Assembly: GCA_020718925.1 (NCBI GenBank)
Contig: DYRC01000003.1
Coordinates: 1 to 40,246, forward strand
From: Desulfonema limicola
GTDB lineage: Bacteria > Desulfobacterota > Desulfobacteria > Desulfobacterales > DYRC01
Length of the DNA: 40,246 nt
Direction: 5' to 3'
In this document: piece by piece, positions 1 to 7,728 of the stretch
Numbering within the stretch: the first letter of the stretch is position 1
Layout of the letters: each line of letters begins with the position of its first letter
The notes under the pieces: model-generated
Databases searched by the model: none
What the model saw: only the letters and a program-made list of their open reading frames with translations
Told to the model about the DNA's origin: nothing
Translations under genes and position numbers: made by a program

Positions 1-22
1 AGTAAAAAAGCAGCGCTTTCTT

Positions 23-160
23 ATACCAAATCGCTTTCAAACTCACCTAACCCCCTGGCCCCCTTCCCTGAAAGGGAAGGGGGGAGACGTCGTCATCAGT
101 ACTCCCCTCTCCTTTCAGGGGAGGGTCCGGGGGAGGGGTGCTTTGATAGCGAATCGGTAT
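23..160. repeat. REPIN/MITE-like palindromic element
   Basis: Imperfect 19-bp terminal inverted repeats (23-41 ATACCAAATCGCTTTCAAA; 142-160 TTTGATAGCGAATCGGTAT; 16/19 match). They enclose two oppositely oriented GC-rich hairpins: 59-83 CCCCCTTCCCT-GAA-AGGGAAGGGGG and 105-125 CCCTCTCCT-TTC-AGGGGAGGG. Confidence 0.7.
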
Positions 161-202
161 TACTCCGAAATCATGCTGACATGAACCACTAAGCCATTCC
201 GC

Positions 203-1659
203 TTATTTGGGCAATTCATCAGGCGAAATGCCAAGCGCGTCAGCAATTCCCTTTCCATACGCCGGATCAGCTTTCAGACAATTGCCGATATGTCGGAGTT
301 TGATCTCCTTCGGTGCTTCGGCAATGGCGCGGGCAGTATTTTCAAACAGAACTTTCTGCTGCGCCGGAGTCATCAGTCGGAAAAGCTTGCCGGGCTGTGA
401 GTAATAGTCTTCATCCTCACGATGATTCCAATGATCAGCCGCGCCTTCAAGACTGAGGGGCGGTTCGGCAAATTCCGGCTGCTGCTGCCATTGTGCGTAG
501 CTGTTCGGCTCATAACCGAGCGTGGAGCCGTAATTGCCGTCAACCCGCATCGCGCCATCGCGGTGATAGCTGTGAAACGGGCAGCGCGGGGCATTGACCG
601 GAATCAGATGATGATTCACGCCGAGCCGGTATCGCTGGGCATCGCCGTAGGAAAACAAACGTCCCTGCAACATTTTATCCGGTGAGAATCCGATACCCGG
701 CACAATATTTGCCGGATTGAATGCCGCCTGCTCAACTTCGGCAAAATAGTTTTCAGGATTACGGTTCAGTTCCATCACGCCGACTTCGATCAGCGGATAA
801 TCCTTGTGAAACCAGACTTTTGTGAGGTCAAACGGATTATAGGGACACTTTGCCGCATCTTTTTCCGGCATGACCTGAATGAACATTGTCCATTTGGGAA
901 AGTCGCCTTTTTCAATGCTGTTATACAGATCACGCTGATGGCTTTCCCTGCATTTGCCGATAATTGCCTCTGATTCTGCGTCTGTAAGATTTTTAATGCC
1001 CTGCTGGGTATGAAGATGAAACTTGACCCAGAATCGCTCGTTTTCGGCATTGATCATGCTGAAGGTATGACTGCCGAAACCGTGCATGTGGCGGTAAGAC
1101 GCCGGAATGCCCCGGTCGCTCATCACAACAGTAACCTGATGCAGGGCTTCCGGCAGAGATGTCCAGAAATCCCAATTGTTCAAGGCACTTCTCAGATTGG
1201 TGCGCGGATCCCGCTTGACCGCATGATTGAGATCCGGAAATTTCAGAGGATCGCGCAGAAAAAAACCGGCGTGTTGTTTCCTACCAAATCCCAGTTTCCC
1301 TGTTCAGTATAGAATTTGATAGCAAAGCCCCGTATGTCCCGCTCCGCATCTGCCGCGCCGCGCTCGCCTGCCACTGTGGAAAAGCGGGTGAAGAGTTCGG
1401 TCTTTTTTCCCACTTGGGAGAATATTTTGGCTTTGGTATAACGGGTAATGTCGTGGGTAACGGTAAATGTTCCGTAAGCCCCGGAGCCTTTGGCGTGCAT
1501 CCGCCGCTCAGGAATCACTTCCCGGTCAAAATGTGCCAGCTTTTCCAGAAACCAGACATCCTGAAGCAGCATCGGACCGCGTTTTCCGGCGGTCAGGACA
1601 TTCTGATTGTCAACCACAGGCGAGCCTGCATTGTTGGTCAGCTTTTTCTGTTCACTCAT
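203..1659 (-). pseudogene. katA: Monofunctional heme catalase, split by a 1-nt frameshift at an A7 tract (1259-1265); pseudogene or sequencing error
   Basis: ORF 1243-1659 carries [15 protein letters not shown] and [11 protein letters not shown] 203-1183 carries the proximal motif RLFSYGDAQ. Adding one T to the T7 run restores the canonical [19 protein letters not shown]. An SD (AAGGAG) precedes the ATG at 1659. Confidence 0.9.
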
Positions 1660-1714
1660 TTGTTTTCTCCTTTGTTGGTGTATTGGGGAATATAAAACAA
1701 TAATTGATATTTGA

Positions 1715-1729
1715 AGATAATTATTATTG
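1715..1729. promoter_or_regulatory. Putative Fur/PerR box upstream of katA
   Basis: AGATAAT-T-ATTATTG resembles the 7-1-7 consensus TGATAATnATTATCA and lies between the Fur-family gene and catalase. Confidence 0.5.
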
Positions 1730-1783
1730 AATATAGGATAAAAAAAATCGTGCTGTGTTAAAGAAGCGACATGTTTTCCGAAA

Positions 1784-2224
1784 TTATCTGTTTTTCTGAC
1801 ACTCAGAACATAAACCGAAGAAATCCAGACGATGGCTCGTAATTCTGAATCCTGTTTCTTCTGATACCTCTGCGGTCATATCGTGCAGAGAGTCTAAATC
1901 CGGATCAATAATGGTTCTGCATCTTGTACAAATCAGATGCGGATGCGGATAGGGCTTGTTGCCGTCATATCTGCTGCTGCCATCGCCAAAACCGATTTCA
2001 AGCACTTCCCCGATCCCTTTCAACAGAATAATGGTCTTATAGATTGTCGCAAGGCTTGTTGTCGGAAAATCACCTCTGACCTGCTCATAAATCCGCTCAA
2101 CGCTCGGATGCTCGGAACTTTCTGATAATATTTTCAATACAGCAAATCGCTGCGGGGTAATCCGCATTTCTTTTTCTTTGAGCTTTGCAAGCATGGTTTC
2201 AAGTCGTTTTTGCGGATCAGCCAT
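1784..2224 (-). CDS. perR: Fur-family transcriptional repressor, PerR-like
   Basis: RITPQR, HPSVE, ATIYKT, HPHLIC and two CxxC motifs (CTRC, CSEC); adjacent to catalase. Start moved from 2272 to the ATG at 2224 because a consensus promoter occupies 2272-2300. Confidence 0.8.
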   Translation of the reverse strand: MADPQKRLETMLAKLKEKEMRITPQRFAVLKILSESSEHPSVERIYEQVRGDFPTTSLATIYKTIILLKGIGEVLEIGFGDGSSRYDGNKPYPHPHLICTRCRTIIDPDLDSLHDMTAEVSEETGFRITSHRLDFFGLCSECQKNR

Positions 2225-2241
2225 CTCTTTTCTTTCCAAAC

Positions 2242-2256
2242 AAATAATGATTATCA
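2242..2256. promoter_or_regulatory. Putative Fur/PerR box (autoregulation)
   Basis: AAATAAT-G-ATTATCA (reverse complement TGATAATCATTATTT), just downstream of the predicted transcription start. A weaker similar site lies at ~2259-2273. Confidence 0.6.
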
Positions 2257-2271
2257 ATAAATAATGATTCA

Positions 2272-2300
2272 ATTATAATATGAGAATTATCTGCTGTCAA
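2272..2300 (-). promoter_or_regulatory. Perfect-consensus sigma70 promoter for perR
   Basis: On the minus strand: TTGACA (2295-2300), 17-nt spacer, TATAAT (2272-2277). Confidence 0.8.
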
Positions 2301-2318
2301 GGTCTGTTTTTCAAAAAT

Positions 2319-4076
2319 TCAGCTTGCCAATCTTGTTGTCCTCTCACAGAGCCTGAACACGCTCACCTTTTCCACCAATTCCTCGGCAATCCGGGCGTGG
2401 CTGTTGTTCAGGAGTGCCATCTCGCTGACCGCTTTGCTGATCTGATCGATCCCGGCTGCCTGCTCGCCGGTCGCGGCTGCAATGGCATTCATAAGAGAGC
2501 GGATATGACTGCTGCCTGTCGTGATACGGGTGAATATGTCATCAATCTCGGCAATCAGCATCAGCCCGTGATCCAGCCGGTCCATTATATCGGTTATCAG
2601 AATGGTCGTATTTTTAACGGCTTCTGCGGAGCGATGTGCCAGATTTTTCACTTCAGCCGCAACCACCGAGAATCCCGCGCCGGATTCTCCTGCTCTTGCC
2701 GCTTCGATTGCCGCATTCAGTGAGAGCATATTGATCTGAAATGCAATATCATCAATGACTTTGACGATTTTCCGCATTGCCTGCCCCGACTCGCCGATGC
2801 TTTTCATGGAATCTGTCAACTGCATCATAGAACGGTTATGCAGGATAGATTGCTTTGCTTTCTCAATCATCGTATCTGATGATGCGACAAGATTATCCGC
2901 CTTTGCCGCGTTTTCCGCATTGTTTTTTGCCATCGCATCTATCTGGTTCAGCGAAGCGGAGGTTTCCTCAATATTGGTCGCCTGACGGATTACGCCGTCT
3001 GCCAGCGTATGTGATTTTCCGATAATTCCCCCGATCATCTGATGCAGGCTTGCAATCATGCGGTTCTGAACCTCAGCCAGTTCGCCGATTTCATCTTTCC
3101 GATTCATCTTCAGGGTTTGGGTCAGATCGCCGTTTGCGATACAGTGTGAGCATTCGCAAAGCTGCCTCAGATTGCGGGAAATGCGTTTGGAAAAAACAAC
3201 CGCAGATACGGATGCGAAAAACCCGAGAATGCTGCCCATAATCAGAGATATACTGATGATTTCGCTGTGAAGTCTGCGAACATCATTTTTGTCTGTAAAG
3301 TACAGCAGCATCAGATTCCGATTTTCCGGGTCTTCTGTGAACGGTCTGATGATCAGAATACCGTCCTGCTGACCGACTGAGTAATGATCCGAGTAATAAG
3401 AAAGATCGTGCAGGCGAATATCCTCTGCTTTGAGCATTTCCTGTGATTCAGCAAGAATATTAACAGCATTGTTCTTTTTATCAAGAATCGCAATCACAGC
3501 ATTTTTGCCGGAGATACGTTTCAAAAATTTCGCATCAATGTTTTTCTTCAGTACCAGTGTACCGATAAATGCGCTATCTTTGATGACAGGCGCGTACAGA
3601 ACAATTCTCAACTGATGGTCTTCTGTTATAATCCTTTGAAAAATTTCCTGATTTTTCCATTTTTCTTTTGCAATGAAAAGTTGTTTTTCAGCGCTCTGAG
3701 TTTCCGTGCTTGCAATTAATTGATAATTTTTATCATAAAACTCAATAATATCCGAATTGACAATCTTTTGCTGCAACAGGAGTTTTTTGTGCAGCGGCTC
3801 GGTTTCTTTGGTGAACCATGCAATTTTGATCAAATCAGATAAATTCGGATCCGATACGACAAAATGAGTATATTTGCGATACTGCTCGATAACAAACCTG
3901 AAATCTGCAACGATTTTATCAATATCCTGCAATATTCTTTCATTTTTATCAGATACGAGAACCTTTTCCGACTGAACGGAAAATACGCATACCATTGACA
4001 AAATCGCTGCGATGGACAATCCGGCAGCAAACACAGCCAGTTTTGTTCCGATTTTCATCCGAAAACCCTTTTCCAC
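2319..4076 (-). CDS. Methyl-accepting chemotaxis protein
   Basis: Two TM segments flank a periplasmic domain, followed by HAMP (GDLT...DEIGEL) and the signalling tip IAFQINMLSLNAAIEAARAGESGAGFSVVAAEVKNLA. Start is GTG 4076 or ATG 4058. Confidence 0.92.
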   Translation of the reverse strand: MEKGFRMKIGTKLAVFAAGLSIAAILSMVCVFSVQSEKVLVSDKNERILQDIDKIVADFRFVIEQYRKYTHFVVSDPNLSDLIKIAWFTKETEPLHKKLLLQQKIVNSDIIEFYDKNYQLIASTETQSAEKQLFIAKEKWKNQEIFQRIITEDHQLRIVLYAPVIKDSAFIGTLVLKKNIDAKFLKRISGKNAVIAILDKKNNAVNILAESQEMLKAEDIRLHDLSYYSDHYSVGQQDGILIIRPFTEDPENRNLMLLYFTDKNDVRRLHSEIISISLIMGSILGFFASVSAVVFSKRISRNLRQLCECSHCIANGDLTQTLKMNRKDEIGELAEVQNRMIASLHQMIGGIIGKSHTLADGVIRQATNIEETSASLNQIDAMAKNNAENAAKADNLVASSDTMIEKAKQSILHNRSMMQLTDSMKSIGESGQAMRKIVKVIDDIAFQINMLSLNAAIEAARAGESGAGFSVVAAEVKNLAHRSAEAVKNTTILITDIMDRLDHGLMLIAEIDDIFTRITTGSSHIRSLMNAIAAATGEQAAGIDQISKAVSEMALLNNSHARIAEELVEKVSVFRLCERTTRLAS

Positions 4077-5243
4077 CTAAAACTCAATAGCAATCTGTGC
4101 GGTCAGCACATCTGCTTTATCATCATTTTCAAATTCATCATGGCGATATTCCAGTGCAACAGATGTTTTATCGAATATATTTACGCTGACAACACCCATG
4201 TAGCGGCTTTCGGGAAAGAACTCCTCTGCATGATCCGATCCCTGATATGCCAAGCCGAATGTGGTCTCTTTGCCAAACATCTCGGCGGTATAGCCGATTT
4301 CAGCATTCCATGTGCTTGTTTTTTCCCCTGTAAAAACAGGTCCGATTCCCATTGCTTCCAATGCGCCCGGTAACAACTCCGACATATTCCATTCCGGTTC
4401 CTCAAGCATGGTGATATATTCTCCGATCAGCGTCAACTGTCCGAATTTGATGACAGCATAAGCACCGAGACCGGGTATGTAGTCCCGAAAAGAAAACGCA
4501 AGTCCCATACTTTCGGCATGGCTCTTTTCTTCTTCAAGAACATCTCCCCAGCCGTTTGAATCAATCAGGCTGTTGATGTATCCCAGCCCGATATCCATGC
4601 TGAAACCCTCTTTTCCCATCGTATAGCCCGCAGCAACACCGAAGTTGTCCGCATGATTATCGCCGCCGTCTTTATTCACATCTCCGTTGAACATATATGC
4701 CGCAGCATAAAACCCTTCTGATTTGAAACCGATTTCAACAGCCGATTCCCGTGTTTCACCCAATTCCAGCGTCAGCGGATCGGAAATCATATTGGATTTG
4801 AAATTGCCGAAAGGCACATACAGCTTTCCTGCCTTGAGATAAAGCGGCATGACATCCGCACCATCCAGCAGAATAAAGCCTTTATCCAGAACAACATCTT
4901 CATCGTCTTCGTATAAAAAGAGCAGACTTCCTTTGACATGCTTGGCAATATCAATATCAATGCCCACCTCCACTTTTGATAAAGCCAGATCACTGGTATT
5001 GTTGTCCTCCGCGTAGGGATCGGCAAAATTCATTTTTTCATAGCTTCCTTCTGCTTCGATAACGCCGCTGAAACTGATACGCTCTGCCCATTTGCCCGGA
5101 AGCGCTTTATCTTTCAACTGCTCCTCAATCTGCTTAACCCGTTCACTCAGATCACCACTCGGTGTTTCCTCGGCATACGCCGTGAATACAAGCGAAAACA
5201 CGCATACCACCAGACACAATACTGCCCTGTTCACTTTTTTCAT
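4077..5243 (-). CDS. Outer-membrane beta-barrel porin, LbtU-like
   Basis: Sec signal peptide, short N-terminal coiled coil, G-K-x-Y-V-P-F-G / SDPLTLELGETRE segments and a C-terminal beta-signal ending IAIEF. Confidence 0.7.
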   Translation of the reverse strand: MKKVNRAVLCLVVCVFSLVFTAYAEETPSGDLSERVKQIEEQLKDKALPGKWAERISFSGVIEAEGSYEKMNFADPYAEDNNTSDLALSKVEVGIDIDIAKHVKGSLLFLYEDDEDVVLDKGFILLDGADVMPLYLKAGKLYVPFGNFKSNMISDPLTLELGETRESAVEIGFKSEGFYAAAYMFNGDVNKDGGDNHADNFGVAAGYTMGKEGFSMDIGLGYINSLIDSNGWGDVLEEEKSHAESMGLAFSFRDYIPGLGAYAVIKFGQLTLIGEYITMLEEPEWNMSELLPGALEAMGIGPVFTGEKTSTWNAEIGYTAEMFGKETTFGLAYQGSDHAEEFFPESRYMGVVSVNIFDKTSVALEYRHDEFENDDKADVLTAQIAIEF

Positions 5244-5264
5244 TGACTTGTTCTCCTTTTTTAT

Positions 5265-5279
5265 AAAAAATTATTTTCA
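5265..5279. promoter_or_regulatory. Possible deltaproteobacterial Fur-type box before the porin
   Basis: Minus strand TGAAAAT-A-ATTTTTT matches TGAAAATnATTTTCA at 12/14. The AT-rich context makes a chance match possible. Confidence 0.3.
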
Positions 5280-5281
5280 TC

Positions 5282-6169
5282 CTAAAATCCCTGCTGAAGC
5301 CAATCCATCGCAAGCCCTTTTTCAATCAGTTCTCTGCCATGAGGGCTTTTCATAAACGCAAGATATTTCTGTGCTGCTTCCGAAGATGCTGCCCGACTGA
5401 CCAAAGAAATATTTGCAAGAAACGGATATGTGCCATTTTTTTCAACTGCCCGTGTCGGAAAGATACCGCCGATTTTCAGAACTTTGCTCTTATCGTTGAG
5501 AAAAAAGCGCGGCGCCATAGTGATTGCCATTTCCAAGTCCGCAATTTTCTCAAACTGATTATCCGTAATTTCAACAGACATCACGGCGTGTTTCAGTCGT
5601 TCCCGATTCTTGGCAATTCCGGCTTTTTTGATGGCTTGCTCAATCAGATCATCGTAATTTGCGCCGCATTCCTGCCGATAAATGATGATATTTCTGTCTT
5701 TTCCGCCGACTTCTTTCCAATTTCCGATCTGACCTGCAAAAATCTTCAACACCTGTTCAACAGTAAGTTCGTTCACCGGATTGTTTTTGTTCACGATCAC
5801 GGAATAAGCCAGCGAATCCAATCGGGTTTCCACGATTCCGGCTGCCTGTTCCTCGGCAGTCAGCGGTCTGTGCAGCGTTCCGATGTCTGCTTTTCCCAGA
5901 CGAACCGTTTCAACGCCTTTGTGAACACCGGAGCAATCGTTGTTCATGGAAAACGCATAACTCGTCTCTTTTTTGTAAGGATTGGAAAATGTTTTCTGCT
6001 CCTCATGCCCGACCACCACGAACGGAAAAATACACCGCGATGTAACATTGACTGTTAATTCAGGCAGTTTAGGATTATCGGCAAATACTACCTGTGGAAA
6101 TCCCATCACTCCTGCCGCAGCCGCGCTCAGTTTTAAAAAATGCCGTCTGGTGCAAGACCTGCAATTCAT
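5282..6169 (-). CDS. Tat-exported periplasmic binding protein of PstS-like fold with atypical pocket residues
   Basis: Twin-arginine signal TRRHFLK. PstS-like segments ADIG, VIVNKNNPVNELT, IFAGQIGNWKEVGG and NGTYP. Confidence 0.75.
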   Translation of the reverse strand: MNCRSCTRRHFLKLSAAAAGVMGFPQVVFADNPKLPELTVNVTSRCIFPFVVVGHEEQKTFSNPYKKETSYAFSMNNDCSGVHKGVETVRLGKADIGTLHRPLTAEEQAAGIVETRLDSLAYSVIVNKNNPVNELTVEQVLKIFAGQIGNWKEVGGKDRNIIIYRQECGANYDDLIEQAIKKAGIAKNRERLKHAVMSVEITDNQFEKIADLEMAITMAPRFFLNDKSKVLKIGGIFPTRAVEKNGTYPFLANISLVSRAASSEAAQKYLAFMKSPHGRELIEKGLAMDWLQQGF

Positions 6170-6189
6170 ATTTACCTCTTTTATGTTCG

Positions 6190-6229
6190 GGCTTCCGGCA
6201 AAACCCGGATCGGATTTCTGTCGGAAGCC
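6190..6229. other. Intergenic stem-loop
   Basis: GGCTTCCGGCAAAACCCG-GAT-CGGATTTCTGTCGGAAGCC is an imperfect ~18-bp inverted repeat. No U-tract follows on the minus strand. Confidence 0.55.
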
Positions 6230-6247
6230 TTAATAAACCAATTATAA

Positions 6248-6424
6248 TTACTCCGGTTTCTGATACGCATTGTAATGCCAGATGGAAAATCCGACCAGAG
6301 CGATGCCTGCCCATGTATGAATCTGCCGATTCGGACATCTTTTTCCCGCGCCGGTGAATACGAGCGCGGCAAGAGAAAATGTCATTCCGGCTTTTGCAAG
6401 GAATCTGATGTCGGAGCTTTTCAT
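6248..6424 (-). CDS. Small two-TM membrane protein (58 aa) with two His
   Basis: MKSSDIRFLAKAGMTFSLAALVFTG...IHTWAGIALVGFSIWHYN. The ATG at 6424 directly follows the upstream stop. Confidence 0.65.
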   Translation of the reverse strand: MKSSDIRFLAKAGMTFSLAALVFTGAGKRCPNRQIHTWAGIALVGFSIWHYNAYQKPE

Positions 6425-6425
6425 A

Positions 6426-6767
6426 TTATTCCTCAGCCTCTGCTTTCTGACGCACTTCAGCCTGAACATCCTCGAATTTTTCTTTGAGTTCGTTCGCGCC
6501 GCTCTGCACCATATCATACAGCTTGATAGCACCTTTCATCACCGCTTTCTGAACCCCTTCATTGGTAACAAAAATCGCGGCGATAGCGCCCAGCGCAATG
6601 CCTTTCCAGAACTGCTGGCTGTGATAAAAAACAGCCGGATCATCATAAGCATTCTGGTAATATGCAGGATACATTCCTGATTGAGAAGAATGTCCTGCGG
6701 GTGTGCTGCATCCGCCATGCCCCGGATGACCCGAATGACCGGAACGATATTCACTGTAATCAGACAT
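6426..6767 (-). CDS. Small GxxxG membrane protein with His-rich N-terminus and YtxH-like helical tail (Fez-like accessory)
   Basis: HSGHPGHGGC N-terminus, FWKGIALGAIAA TM and amphipathic ELKEKFEDVQAEV tail; SD AAGGAG. Confidence 0.7.
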   Translation of the reverse strand: MSDYSEYRSGHSGHPGHGGCSTPAGHSSQSGMYPAYYQNAYDDPAVFYHSQQFWKGIALGAIAAIFVTNEGVQKAVMKGAIKLYDMVQSGANELKEKFEDVQAEVRQKAEAEE

Positions 6768-7116
6768 TTTCTGACTCCTCCTTTTTCGATACGCTTTTCA
6801 CTTTTTCAGAACCCGATTTTCCGACTGAATTGAGCAGATAAACCACAGAACTGGCAGCCGCAGCCATTACGACCACAGACATAAAACCGCCGCTGATTGT
6901 GGAAGCGGCAGCAGCTCCGACAGCCGTTGCCACGCCTGCTCCCGCGCCTTTTGCAAGACTGTTGCTGAGAGCCTGCTCCATTGTCATTTCATTGCTGCGG
7001 ACTTTGTGAAGATTCATGCCCAATGCTGCCGAACCTCCTACAACTGTTCCGAGAATTCCCGCGTTGAGAACATATTTCGGATTATACGATGATGACGGAG
7101 TGCTATATACTCGCAT
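6760..7116 (-). CDS. MamC-like (magnetosome protein MamC family) membrane protein
   Basis: GILGTVVGGSAALGMN...GAGAGVATAVGAAAASTISGG parallels MamC as recalled (GILGGIVGGAAALAKN...AAGAGLATA). ATG 7116 is preferred over TTG 7131. Confidence 0.7.
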   Translation of the reverse strand: MRVYSTPSSSYNPKYVLNAGILGTVVGGSAALGMNLHKVRSNEMTMEQALSNSLAKGAGAGVATAVGAAAASTISGGFMSVVVMAAAASSVVYLLNSVGKSGSEKVKSVSKKEESENV

Positions 7117-7134
7117 AAATTTTCCCTTCAATTA

Positions 7135-7704
7135 CTAAGATTTGAACGCTTTGGTCAGTATCAGCGCACCCACCGCGCCCAATGCAATGCCTGTCCAGAA
7201 TCGGGTGTTTTGGCAGTCAATCCCGAAAAAGCTGCTGACAGTATTCATATCCGCCGCAGTTACGCCGCCGGTCATAAATCGCCCCATCATTTCCGATACA
7301 TGACCGGGACCATATTGCTGCTGATCTCCGCACGAGCAATGACTCTGCCCCTGCTTCGGATGACCGCCTTTCATGCCTGAATGAGACGATTGATTCGGAT
7401 AATATCCGCCTTGCTGAAAATTCTGCTGCATATCCGAGTATGGCGGCTGCTGATTCGCATATCCGCCCGAAGGTCCCATATTCATCTGCTGACTCTGATG
7501 ACTGGAGCCGGAGCATTTATGAGAGCTTTGCGGCGGCTGATTCGGGTATCCGCCCGGATGTCCCATATTCATCTGACCCTGATGACCACTTGCCGCGCCC
7601 TTCTGTTCGCCTGATGCGGCATCGCCCTGATTGTTCTGAAACGCTGCTTCCTGCGCCATAGCCTGTCCGCCTTTTTCAGAATGACTGCATGTTTCCTGTT
7701 CCAT
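7135..7704 (-). CDS. Q/G/S/H-rich low-complexity protein with C-terminal GxxxG TM anchor
   Basis: Repeated QMNMG..GGY.NQ units and C-terminal FWTGIALGAVGALIL; SD AAGGAG. Confidence 0.75.
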   Translation of the reverse strand: MEQETCSHSEKGGQAMAQEAAFQNNQGDAASGEQKGAASGHQGQMNMGHPGGYPNQPPQSSHKCSGSSHQSQQMNMGPSGGYANQQPPYSDMQQNFQQGGYYPNQSSHSGMKGGHPKQGQSHCSCGDQQQYGPGHVSEMMGRFMTGGVTAADMNTVSSFFGIDCQNTRFWTGIALGAVGALILTKAFKS

Positions 7705-7728
7705 AATTCCGAATTTCTCCTTTTTGAT

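Noticed and set aside
2225..2272. N-terminal extension of the Fur-family ORF given in the ORF track
   Set aside because: It overlaps the -10 element and Fur-type boxes; the ATG at 2224 is the plausible start.
4074..4079. In-frame TAG directly followed by a start codon (porin/MCP; also clpP/clpX at 26981-26986), suggesting amber read-through fusions
   Set aside because: The porin ends in a normal C-terminal Phe signal, and ClpP and ClpX are standard separate proteins. Tight operon packing explains both.
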